Assembly: GCA_965644265.1 (NCBI GenBank)
Contig: OZ286460.1
Location: 98,952,001-99,016,000, forward strand
Length of the DNA: 64,000 nucleotides
Reading direction: 5' to 3'
DNA from: Glycera tridactyla
Lineage: Eukaryota
The notes beneath the pieces are model-generated. The model searched no databases and was not told the DNA's origin. It was given only the letters and a program-made list of their open reading frames with translations. The translations under genes were made by a program, and so were the position numbers. Positions 36,801-48,988 of the stretch are shown piece after piece (position 1 is the first letter of the stretch; each line of letters begins with the position of its first letter).

Positions 36801-39038
36801 TGGTCTAAGTAAGTGACAGGATTAAATTATTGACAAGAGAAGATGAGCAATGGGCCAAGTTTGGCTGCCTCAATATTGAAACTATGCATGCTTCGGGCCA
36901 ACAGGTGGAGGCATATGACCTGAGCATCCCAATACATCAATCCACAGGAATCCCATATCTGCAAGATAGTAGGGACATGAGCTGACAAATTTGTGAATCA
37001 AGATGGTGGGCCCTTCGCTGATCTAAGAATGTGATAGGGATTATGTCATCAACGAGCTTGAGAGCATGTCTGCAGACTGTTGATAATCCATCGACATGGT
37101 CAACAGCCGAATATCAGATTGTTACAAATGGCCAACAATTGTCATTCAGTCAAACTTGTTTCCACAGATTATCAAAAATCTATTGACATGGTTACCAGCT
37201 GAAAATCGCGGACAACTGTTGGACAGTTGAACTTCTCCATAGAATATATAGGATGTACGATAGCACCTAACATTTGCTATCTTTTGTAATGGGGTTCCTA
37301 CTCACTTTTGACACACTCTGAAATTCATGATACACGGCAGAGTATTTGATGAACATTTCCTTTGCCAAGCCAAACTTTTTGTAATGTTAATAGTCCTTAC
37401 TCACATTTGACACACTGAGGTATAGAATACTTGGTAGAATATAAGATGAACATTTCCTTTGCCAAGCCAAATATTCTGCAGGTGTACTTCCTAGAAATTG
37501 TGATTGGAAGGTCAGGTTTTTCGACTGGCTCAATCAATAGAGACATTTGTCAACTTTGTGTAATGGAATCAAAAGCTCTGTCATTTCGAAACACTATATA
37601 AAGATGACTCATTTGGGATTTGATGAACATCACTTAAATTGCTAGATTTCATCATTGAGTTGATAAAACACATCTGAGTGAGCCAGCTCATTTGAATGAA
37701 TAGGCCCTTTTACGGCTCATAAACCCAAGAATTGAGGAGATGGATGAAGTGTATAAAATTCAGCCATCATGTACCAAATCTGATGGGCATTCCACATTAG
37801 AATCTACACTTGATATTCAAATGTTAAATCACCTTAGATATGTTACTGAAGCCCATTTTCCATCTCTGATTGGAGCATTGACTATTCGAATGAAAATCAT
37901 GTGAATGACAATGATCATACACCTGCAGGCGGTTCACTTGCACTTATTGGTCGCTGATGTTTTGTACAATTTTGTAACAGAAAACACTTCACCATTCTTT
38001 TTGGTCAGACTAAAGAAACTTCATAGGGAATTTGGCTAACTTTTCCTCTGTTAGCCAAACTGGAGAGCCTGCTGCTGAATGTGAATATTTGACCCATGTG
38101 GTCTAGCTGAATATAGTATTGGGTGAATGACTGAATTCAGTTCCATGATAACCACAAAATCGTCCCTCATATATGTACATAGATAAGTTCTTGTAGTAAT
38201 ACATTCTTTGGAAAAGCATCTATGGAGAATCATGATATGATGACAATCCTATATTTGGATGAATTTTAATCAGCACATCAATTACATCAGCTGTATGTGT
38301 AGGCTAATTGATCATGATATACTTGTGTATGACTTATATTCACATGAGTTTCATTGACTTAACTGTGAAAATGGTTGATGCAGCTCTGATGAGTTGCAGG
38401 AAGGATTTGGATGATGTTCTTGGATGCAAGGTCTTTTCCCAAATGATGGGCCATGATCAACAATCAATTATACAGCAAATGGATGAGAATGGAGGATGCG
38501 CATGGGCTTTTGCATTGCAACATCTTATCATGCTGAATGTAAATTGCCCCAAAATGCTTGTTCTGTGAATGCAATTACAACACAAAACACAGGAGTATTA
38601 CATAATGGGGTTGATGGTGCAAACACATATGACAATTGTTATTACAAGACAAACACATACATACAGAGAGTATGGGACACTGTTACCATTAATATAGCAA
38701 ACACATGAGCTAACACAAACAGTTATAAGATCAAGACATCTACTGATGGTTATTGAAAGACACAATTTATTATCCACCATGTGAAAATGCAAAATGCCGT
38801 TATACTATGCTAATAAGCGATAGGTATGCTTGAAAGTATTCACTGTCAAAAATAAAAAATATATATCGCCATCCTGTTGCTCTTACAATTGACATATATA
38901 AGAGAAATACATAGAAAATAGCAATCAAAGTATGAAAAACATGACAATAAACAGTATGTTGAAAGAAATCACTGATAAAGTGGCTGTACAACTACGATGG
39001 ATATATCAAGCACAGCACAAGGACAGTAAATTAATTAC

Positions 39039-39184
39039 CTCAATGAGACGACCCTTCGCCTGTTGAACAAGTTCCTGCTCCTGGCCACCAAACATATTCA
39101 GGCCAATAGGTAGCAATCGTTTCAAGCTAGCAACATTCAGACTTGTCAACGACTGTGAAGCTGGCTTCGGCTTTCTACGAGCTC
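39039..39184 (-). CDS. RyR: RyR exon 16 (G)[48 protein letters not shown]
   Basis: 146 nt, phase 1-0, GAG|gtaatt; an alternative in-frame acceptor would start the exon at 39214. Confidence 0.93.
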
Positions 39185-39837
39185 CTGTGGAAGTAACACC
39201 AAATTCAAAACTTGCTGTCAAGAGGTTGCCCACCGCAGTTAATCATAGTGCACTGGTAATAGAGACAATTATAGGGTTGATATCTGTGAAAGTCTGTATA
39301 TACATACGGAATATTTTTTTCTAGGCAACTCTGGATGCACTATTCTCAAGACATTATTTGGACTCCTCTCACCTTCCTGGATACACTTCATCCAATGTAT
39401 AGTGACCTGATTTCAGTAACACTCATCCTTCACTTTCGACTAGCCTCACTAGGAGGGTTGGCATCATGGTGACATGTGCAAAGGGGACTAAAAATCACCT
39501 GAAAGGCTGCCATGAAGTTCACAGTTGATGACTGAATAGCTGGTTGAGCATTACCAACTCACGCTACAATTCTTAGCACTCAGTAGCCTTGAAAGCATCG
39601 ACTTAGCTATTGAGATATGTCACAACCTGGTTGTATGTGAGGTATATCAGAGCATATAGCCAGTGCCATGTGACAACGTCTATGCATAGGTATTCAGGGA
39701 ATGTGAAAGTGATAATTGCAGGGGACAAGTCACCAAACTTTTCATGAATATGGGATACGTGTACATGTTTCTATGTTTTGAAAATACTGGCATTGAACTA
39801 ATCAACATTTCTTGAAGGATCTTCATCACATACTAAC

Positions 39838-39985
39838 CCTTGGCTTCACGTTTCGGTTCTGCAGGTTCATCCTTTGGTTCAACTGGAGATGAGGACACCG
39901 CATTTTTGTCTTGACTAGGCATGATGAGTGCCATATTGTCAATCTCATTGCCACACACAAAGTTCTGCTCTTCTTTTTTGAACAA
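39838..39985 (-). CDS. RyR: RyR exon 15 LFKKEEQNFVCGNEIDNMALIMP...PKREAK
   Basis: 148 nt, phase 0-1, G|gttagt. Confidence 0.95.
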
Positions 39986-40303
39986 CTATGAGAGAGAAAA
40001 CAGAAAGCTCATATGAGATTCATCACTGTCATAGAAATCAATGTCTTTGATGGGAAGATGCTTTATAACACACACACACGTACATACATCCATCCTTCCG
40101 CTCACATTTCATGAAATAACTTTGGATTGGCTGGCCCAATTTTCATAAAACTTCATAACTGTAATCTGTGTGAAAATTGTATTATCTTAGAATTTAAGTT
40201 ATGTCCCTAAAGATCTTATTTTATACTCTGACCCATTTCCTCAATGGTACACACAGTATATCAATGATGATGTAAACATGATAATGTAAATAATGTAACT
40301 CAC

Positions 40304-40462
40304 GTGAGATTTTGACCAGAGATTGAAGACATCTGCGACACAGAGGTACAACAATTCCGTATCAAGTGATGGATGTTTCAACCAGTGTGAGCGATGGAGA
40401 TCCACATATTTGATGAGCAATGGATAGAAGGCATACATGTCACGCACCAAGATTTGGAAAGA
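40304..40462 (-). CDS. RyR: RyR exon 14 [21 protein letters not shown]...FNLWSKSH
   Basis: 159 nt, phase 0-0, CAC|gtgagt. Confidence 0.97.
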
Positions 40463-40642
40463 CTGGAAAACGAAGACAAATATAATCATAAATTACAAAT
40501 CTACTACATACCATATTTTCGAAAGGCAAGGTATATCCTTCGATAAACAACTCAACATGTCCAACAAATGACCTGCAGTACTATGTATGTTCTTATCAAG
40601 TGCGTAGACCTTAGAGCTGAATGTATACAGTATACTACCCTA

Positions 40643-40729
40643 GAGTGCTGGGCTGCCATCTGCCCCATGTGTGCAGGTGACGCCAGCCTGGGGGTCGCCA
40701 TTACTGGGAGGTGAGGGGCAAGAGTCTGC
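40643..40729. mobile_element. 87-bp GC-rich insertion with 11-bp direct flanking repeat
   Basis: atactacccta at 40632-40642 and 40730-40740; a related inverted copy lies near 41810-41890. Confidence 0.55.
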
Positions 40730-42076
40730 ATACTACCCTACACATACCCCTCAACTCCAATAGACTGCCCATGTATATCCTTAATTGAACACTCGTCTAA
40801 TCAATCATCATTATCCTTATGCAAACAAATATAGATGCATGTATATCAGGACATTGCCATCTTCATAGAAATGGTGAGATGATTTATTGAAATCCAGTGT
40901 GGAGCAATTTATTGATTCTTGAATAAAATCATTTTGGTCAGTTCATAGCGATGAGAGATTGTTTTCATGAACAACCAGTTGAGTACATTTTCGTCTGTAT
41001 GTGTTCATCCAGATCTTCAGGTATTTGGCATTTACTCCTTCCATTACCTGGGATAAATTTTGACAGCTATCTTATTTTTTACATCAAGTAGAGGGTTCCT
41101 TGCTATTACAACCTCTGAATGCATCACTTTCCTCATGGAAACAAATGATAAACAGCCTTTATGCAAAGACAATGCTGACAGATGCTCTTTCATCAGTTGA
41201 CACCGGTATGATTATCTTCCACCTTGATTTGTATTTTGCTTGAGGGTGGTTGTTTGTTTGTTTGTTTGAGGTTTAATGGAATGTATCAACCCACAGGATT
41301 ATGTATGCCCTGTGTCGCTGGTAATTGAAAGTTTCCTCTGCCAACATTACTCTCACAAACCCTAAACAAAACCTGAAAGGTTGTCAAGTGGCAGTAGCTA
41401 CTTTATAGGGAGGTGGTTTTTATGGAGAGTTGGTCTTTATAGAGGAGATTTGACATTCAACTGTATATAGTTTCCATTTTAATTTCACATCATTGATATC
41501 AGGCTTGAGTGTTAGCTTCCAGCCAGCTACTTAGTTAGATATGCCACCGACAGGTTCATTAAATTCATGTTTAGGAATTAAAGACCAACTTTCCATAAAG
41601 ACCACCTCCATATAAAGGCCACCCCAAGCTGTGACCATGGTATTATTTACAACAGAAAATGGCCTCTGTATAACAACCACCTCCTTATAACAGGGTAGGA
41701 TGACAAGGCCTCATGAGGGGATGATTTTTATACAGTGAAACCTCTTTTCCGAGACCACTCTTTTCGGTCACATTTCTAAGAATATGAAGACATACATACG
41801 GGGTCACTCCCCCACTCTACACTTCTGCCCCTCAGCCAGGCATAATGGCTGCCACCATGCCGGTGTCACCCCGGGGAGGGGAGCCCAGCCCTCTCCCTCA
41901 TCTAACTCTATGGTGTAGACCAACAGAAATACCTAAAATGACAAGCAAAATTTTTCCAAATATTCACAATCATGTTTCCCATATACTGATGAAGATCATA
42001 TCAGCTGTTGAGTTGTATCTCCATCAAAGTGGACATCATTTTTTTCAAATATCACTGGTAAAATCTGATAACTCAC

Positions 42077-42249
42077 CTCTTGAATTTTGGATTCACCCTC
42101 TTCAGCTGTGCGTCGCCTTTTCTCAATCAAGTACTGTGCCTCTTCCTGCTCAAGACATTTTGCCCGGTCTTTCAATTTCTCAGCCACTGGCAAGATGTGG
42201 TCCTTGAGCATTTCAGCAGTAGCATTCACAATAATTGGTTGTGTACGAG
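42077..42249 (-). CDS. RyR: RyR exon 13 (T)RTQPIIVNATAEMLKDHILPVAEKL...ESKIQE
   Basis: 173 nt, phase 1-0, GAG|gtgagt. Confidence 0.95.
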
Positions 42250-42618
42250 CTGCAAAAAGAGAAAAAAATACAATATATCGAGAGAGGCAGACATTGTAGG
42301 ATCCTGGAAATTCTTATCATATTATGGCCACGTTGTCCATGCAGAGTGCACAACTTTATGCTACTTTTGCATATCTTATTTCCTTGATGCTTACAGTTGT
42401 GGTCGTTCAGATACTTCTTGTACTCATATAAACTTATGTCTCATAGAGGCATATTGTTGGGTCTCTACTTTTTGCTTTTTGCTTGTACATGTGTTATTTG
42501 TTCTTCTGTTTGTATTGTTTACTCTTAGAGGAAAGATATAGTCTTTAGTATATACCTCCCTGTCTAGCGTGAAATGAAGCATTTTCAATCGATCAGTTAA
42601 TCAATCTGGATAACCTAC

Positions 42619-42734
42619 TGGCAATACGTGTCATCCATGGTGCCTCCTCTGTTCCAATATTATTGCGGATCAATTGTAGTACATTTCCAAGCACGCTGTT
42701 CATCAATTCTGCTGTGACTGATGTGACATGCTTC
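42619..42734 (-). CDS. RyR: RyR exon 12 (E)KHVTSVTAELMNSVLGNVLQLIRNNIGTEEAPWMTRIA
   Basis: 116 nt, phase 2-1, A|gtaggt. Confidence 0.96.
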
Positions 42735-43476
42735 CTGAAATGAGATACAAATGAGCTGCTGTCATAAGCAGTGATGACTGGAAAACAGCTTGAGATTACA
42801 ATTCAAATAATTACAAAGCATAGTACAATGATATTTCCCCTTGACAACTTTCAATAGGATGCAAATGTTTCTGTCCTATGGGAAACCATAGCATAAAAAC
42901 TTGTGCATTACTCCAATATCTATCAAAACATCACAGAGGATGCAAACTTCATAAGATACATTATGAGGAACAGATTGAGTAGCAGATGTGGTGTTGCTAC
43001 TAAGTAAATAAAAATGATCTTGTAATGCCAGTACATGAGCTATAACATGATACTTACGATGAGAAGATATTCTCTCCTGATCACCTCATTTCTGACATGA
43101 TATGTGCATTCTGAGAGTACAATTACTGTAAGTGTACTTTGCTTCAACCGCAAAGATTGTTTCCCTTGATCATAATTGTGATAAATCCTACAAATGTTTC
43201 CTGCATTGGCCAAGGCAAACAGATGATCATTTGTTGGTCTAAAAATAGATACTGTAAAATAGAGGCTGTTAAGATGCTGCTAATGGTCGCTATCGTTTTG
43301 TGACATTCTGTTATGGGAAACAGGTCCCCATTCTTTTTCATCACAATTAAAGTAGGCAATACTTGGTAGGGAATCAGGCTAACATTTTCTCAATTAGCTA
43401 AACTGAACAGCCGTCATCTGTGATGTTATCCTGTCATCATGAGTTGCCTTTGATGGATGCAAAAAGAGTCACTTAC

Positions 43477-43533
43477 TCTGCCTCAGGCTCTGGAACATTG
43501 TCTGGACCTTGGCTCCACCAGAATGGCAGATAA
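43477..43533 (-). CDS. RyR: RyR exon 11 (S)YLPFWWSQGPDNVPEPEA
   Basis: 57 nt, phase 2-2, GA|gtaagt. Confidence 0.95.
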
Positions 43534-43618
43534 CTAAAAAGCAGAACGAACGAAAGTGAAAGCAAGAATATCAGTAGTATTCATTCAATCAGGCAAGTTT
43601 GAAATCAGATACGTAGTA

Positions 43619-43779
43619 CAGTCAAACTTTCTCCAAAGACCACCTCCCTATAAATACCACCATGAGCTGCGACTGTGGCAGTATTTTCAACAGTAAATGA
43701 CCTCTCTCTAAAGACCACCTCCCTATGAAGGACACTTTTTGATATGACCGAAGGCGGTCTTTATAGGGAGGTTCGAGTG
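43619..43779. mobile_element. R2 MITE copy
   Basis: TA|cagtcaaact ... gttcgagtg|TA. Confidence 0.75.
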
Positions 43780-44339
43780 TATATCAAGAACATTGATGAA
43801 TATCTATCCCATCTGGTGGCAGTGATGCTGGTTGGATTTTAGGATGAGTGCATCTAAGGACACATCTACATGAGGACAGCTACTGTGCCATTAGTACCAT
43901 CATCATTTTCTCACACTATGATGGGATACCACATGAACACCACATGAGATGAATGTGAGAGCTGGAGCAAGAATCGGAAACTTCATTCTCCTGCCAGATA
44001 GCAATCATAAGTCTAAACAATGTAACAAGCGGGAAGATGACACTCGAGCCTGATGGCACTGCTCACATTTTCAGTGAAAACAATCACGCTGAAATGGTAC
44101 TTGCTCTATTGAAGATGATACATTAGCCCAATATAGGAGTCCTTGGATTGTTTCTGATGCAACTCTCTGTCACAACCAAAATTTGTTGTACCTGCTGACA
44201 GTTCCGGCAACATTGTCGGCTATCATCAGAACTTGTCAACAGGTATGAACAAAATTTGGAAGTGAAAAGAGTTTCTCATCTAAAACAATGTCAGAGTGAT
44301 GATGGAAACTGACACTGAAATTTAGGGTTGCATTCTCAC

Positions 44340-44475
44340 CTGCAAAGCATGGGCAATGTGACTTCAATGACATGTGGTGCCTCATTGTAGTTGCCTCCAG
44401 ATTCAGCCAGCTCTCCTATCTCGTCGACAATCTTTTCCAGTGGTGGTATGGTCTCTGCAATCTGGTCCATGACCT
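44340..44475 (-). CDS. RyR: RyR exon 10 (E)VMDQIAETIPPLEKIVDEIGELAESGGNYNEAPHVIEVTLPMLC
   Basis: 136 nt, phase 1-2, AG|gtgaga. Confidence 0.97.
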
Positions 44476-45360
44476 CTGAATATGAGAAAAAGAAATCATC
44501 AAATTTTACTCCGCTGCTCACTACCTGTGAAGCAAATGATCACCCGGGACAATTTTGGCTCAGTGACAATTGTCAACAATCTAGCATTTGGCTTGTAACC
44601 TCATTGACAAGGTCAGGAGTCAAACGCTAGACTGTCGACAATCTGCTACAATTGTCACACAGCTGTACCTGTCCTAGGTAAATTCACAAAATATATAATA
44701 ATGAATATTTTACAATGTATTCTTCTCCATAAGCATAAATCATCTATGTACAACTACATGGCTCAACAAATACAACCTGTGCAATTATGCCAATATTAAG
44801 ATTGATTACTTTCTACATAAGCCAAAGAGCGATAGTTGCCCAACATAAACAGATTATATGGGAGTTTGCCAAAGCTTTTCACCAATCAACACTTGCTACA
44901 TACCTCAATATAAAAGTATGGCAGCATCAAAGTTATAAAACTGTTCCCAATGCTATGACAAGGTGTTGATAGGGATTCATGGGAGTAATCCGGATAAATT
45001 CCAATTTGAGGTACTAGTCTGGGGATAGGAGGTTGACTGAGTAATTTATAGCTGCAGGTATATCAGTTACAGCTAACAGTTGCCAGCATTTTGTAGCCGA
45101 AAACAGGTCCCCACCTTCTTTGTCACACTTAAGATATAGAATACTTGGTGGGGGATTTGACAAACATTTTCTCAGTTGGCCAAACTGAACAGCCTGCTGA
45201 TATGCAAACCAGCAAGATGTTATTTGCAGCTAATGTTTGCTGACATTTTGTAACAGAAATGGGGTCACCAATCCTTTTTGATTTATTTGAGGTAATGAAT
45301 ACTTCGTAAGAGGTTTGGTTAACAGTTTCTGTGTCAGCCAACTGTTCCTCTGATTCTTAC

Positions 45361-45512
45361 CTTTGGCTTCAAGGGAGTGTGCAGCGATGCGATCCTCAGG
45401 TATTCCAAAAAGTATGGAGTGTTTGTTGTAGGTGGTGAGCTGAGGCTCAAGGAATGCAACAGGGAAAGTGCTGGCAAATGTTGCAACACATTCACCTAGT
45501 GCTGGACGATGC
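45361..45512 (-). CDS. RyR: RyR exon 9 (R)[25 protein letters not shown]...HSLEAK
   Basis: 152 nt, phase 2-1, G|gtaaga. Confidence 0.97.
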
Positions 45513-45643
45513 CTTCATTATCAAGCAAAACAAATAAATATAGTATTCATCTGAATCCGGTAAGTTGGCACTATACGAGAAAGTAGACTTTCAAACAATA
45601 TTGGGGATGTACACTTATTCGGAAACAGTGGAGAAAATCAATC

Positions 45644-45649
<6 letters not shown>

Positions 45650-45700
<51 letters not shown>
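45650..45700. repeat. (TA)n microsatellite
   Basis: Visible. Confidence 0.98.
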
Positions 45701-45701
<1 letters not shown>

Positions 45702-46918
45702 CCTAGTCACTTGAAGATTCAAAATGATTCATGAAAATAACGTTGTACCTGTAACGGGGAAGATCTATGATTTCAAACATCTTTCGCTCCTATCCTTGAA
45801 CTAATGAGAGGTTACAATTTCATACAATTGAGAGCATGAAAAACCATAAAAGAATATACTTTCATCATTATGTTAGCAACCATCAATAAAACTTTGGTAA
45901 ATCATAAAATTTTCATCTTAACACTAATGCACGCTAATGCAACCTGGATGGATTATAATTTGTCTTGACTTCTGAATGATATTCACTCTTCAAACATATG
46001 AGTTAATATAATAGGTGATTCAAGTTGGCTTGTTAATGATGATCTATTTGAGGCATGATACGACTATCATAATATCAATTTCTTGATCCTACCTGGACGT
46101 ACAGAAGAAACCTCCCCCGTGCCAAAGACAATTCCTTGATTGGGCGAAATTTCTAATGCAATATATTCCAATCCAGAATGTTTATGAAAGTTATCTTCCA
46201 CATTGGATAAAATGTGTCATGCAAAAGTCTATTCTACAGCAACAGGCTGTTGACAAGCCAAGAGCTGCCCTACAATACCCGTAACATGTTCAAATTTGCT
46301 CCAGCGGAATCCATGCATACTATGAAAACTATGTGTGAAGCAGAAAACTTCACTCGGAACTAAATGAATAAAAATGCATTTTCCTAGCAAGACACTGCTA
46401 ATACAGCCACCTGAACTTTATGCAGCCACTAACAGTCGGATTATGACCATGATCAGCACATGGAAACCTAGATCAGTTCCCTATTATCTGACATTCACAG
46501 ATGATGATCTCTCCGAGGTGACATGTGCATGTATACAATATTTACTGACAAAGATTTGAGGTGAATATTGGTGGAAATTGCGTGTTGAAGTGGAAATTCT
46601 TTGAAATTCACTCTGCAAACATCAATTCAATAATGAGAAGAGGCAGAGTGGAAATTTCTTGGATCCTCATATTGAATGATCAACAATCATGTATTATATT
46701 GACACATGACATGGAATTATCTGGAAACTAATTGAGAAAGTTACAGCAGTAAATTACAGTAAAGTCGACCCAAGAGGGTGAGTACGAACCTTGACAAACT
46801 AAACACAAACTTTATTCTAGTCCAGCTTATGTGATATTCAACACCATGATCATAAGATTGCATGAGGATTTGGCAATCTTGTCACCCCCAACCTCTCCCC
46901 CTCTCTGTCTCTCTCTGA

Positions 46919-46980
46919 CACACACACACACACCCACACCCACACCCACACCAACACACACACACACACACACACACATA
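46919..46980. repeat. (CA)n/(CACACC)n microsatellite
   Basis: Visible. Confidence 0.95.
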
Positions 46981-47676
46981 TGCATGCAATGTGGTTCTGT
47001 TGATAATGATTAAAACACATGAATCCTCTCATGTAGTACCGTAGAGTAAATCTATGTGTTAATGGATGCCTGTTCAAATCCTTCACTTGAACAACATAAG
47101 AGTCAAAAAAAATAACATCAAAGATTTTTGGACAGTCAGTGGGTTAGAAGCGTTCCAAATGTCTCCAGTATAGATTCATGAACCTTTTGAAATATTAGTG
47201 TGAGTATTATCTGAGAAATCACAAACAAATTCGGATCTTGGTGTCAGTACCATATGAGAAGTCAACACATTTTCTGATCGATCTGAAATATTTGAGAGGT
47301 GTTATAAGTCTGAGACATTATATCAAGTACCAGGGAAAGACACAAGGGGAACAAAGATAGCTGGCACTGATCCATGAAGTGTTATTATGTCTATGGTCGT
47401 GAAAACATCGAGCACATAAGGATTCCCGCTCTATTTTATGTACCATCCACAGGATTCTAGCATCTCGGCAAGTACAATGTATGTAGTTAGTGCAATATCT
47501 GCATGATCAGTACATATCATTCACTGGTAAAGTATGAAACTATATTAAATTTGTTTGTTTTTTATGGGAAAATCTGGCTAGAGTGGGTATCTGCAGCAAT
47601 TTCATCCATGCTAATGAAAACATATGTTCACATAATACTGATCATTTCGAGAGAATGAACACAAACAATATTTTTA

Positions 47677-48988
47677 AACAAGGCCACAGAGGGGCAAGAT
47701 ACTCCGCACATGGGAGCACAGTGGGTAACCCATATCGCACACGGGAACACAGTGGGTAACCCATATTGGAAAAGGTCATTGACATGTTTGGTTGGCTATG
47801 TAATAAGTCACTGACCTATGACTTAGGATCACATGCATGGTAAGGGAGATGTTGTAACATTGCTCGATCATCCCAGATCAGTTTGATCTTCATCTAACAA
47901 TGCTAGCCTGAGTTATTGTGTGAAATGCGGAAATCTAAAAATAGCTCCTGTGGCCTTGACCTTTGACCCAGGGTCACATGCATCGAATGGGAGATATCTC
48001 ACAATAGGCTCATTACTCTGTGGAACTTCGGTGCATATCGATCGATGCAAATTTGAGCTAGAGTGTAAAATGAGAAAATTTATGAATAGCTCCTGTGACC
48101 TTGACCTTAGACCTAGGGTCACATGCATCAAAAGGGAGGTGGTCCACCATCAGGTCATTATGTTGTGTAAGTTTGGTGCATATCCATCAAGGCTAGTTTG
48201 AGTTAGAGTGTAAAATGAGAAAATTTATGAGTAGCTCCTGTGACCTTGACCTTTGACCTGAGGTGACATGCATCGGAAGGGAGATATCTCACCATTGGGT
48301 AATTACTCTGTGTAAGATTGGTGCATTTCCATTGAAGCTAGCTTGAGTTAGAGTGTGAAATAAGAAAATCTAGCTCCTGTGACCTTGACCTTTGACCTGG
48401 GGTCACCTGCATCGAAAAAGGGGTGGCCCACCATTGGGTCATTACTTTGTGTAAGTTTGGTGCATATCCATCGAGGCTAGCTTGAGTTACAGTGTAAAAT
48501 AAGAAAATCTATGAATAGCTCCTGTGACCTTGACCTTCGACCCAGGGTCACATGCATCGGAAGGGCAGTGGCCCACCATTGGCTCATTACTTTGTGTTAG
48601 TATGGTGCAAATCCATCGAAGCTAGCTTGAGTTACAGTGTAAAATGACCTTGACCTTTGACCTAGGGTCACATTCATCGAAAGGGAGGTGGCCTACCATT
48701 GGGTCATCACTTTGTGTAACTTATCCATTGAGGCTACCTTGAGTTAGAGTGTAGAATAAGAAAATCTTTAAATAGCTCCTGTGACCTTGACCTTTGATCT
48801 TTGGGTACGAAAATCAAATTCTGGAATACTATTTTACATAGATCACAGTTTTGAAGTTTTATGGAAATCGGACCAGCCAATTCAAAGTTATTGCATGATA
48901 TGTCAGCGGACGTATGTACGTACGTACATACGTACGGACCCCGAAGGTGAAACTATAATACCCCGCTTTTTCAAGAGCAGGGTATAAA
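47677..48988 (+). mobile_element. Helentron-associated (HINE/DINE-1-like) non-autonomous element carrying an array of about 145-bp repeats
   Basis: Units tagctcctgtgaccttgacc at 47942, 48087, 48232, 48371, 48516 and 48773 (one deleted unit in between), then (cgta)n and a terminal hairpin followed by an A-run; the element starts tttttaaacaagg. Confidence 0.65.

Noticed and set aside
39373-39406. 34-nt cassette candidate between exons 15 and 16
   Set aside because: Not a multiple of 3, so it would frameshift; the acceptor is weak.
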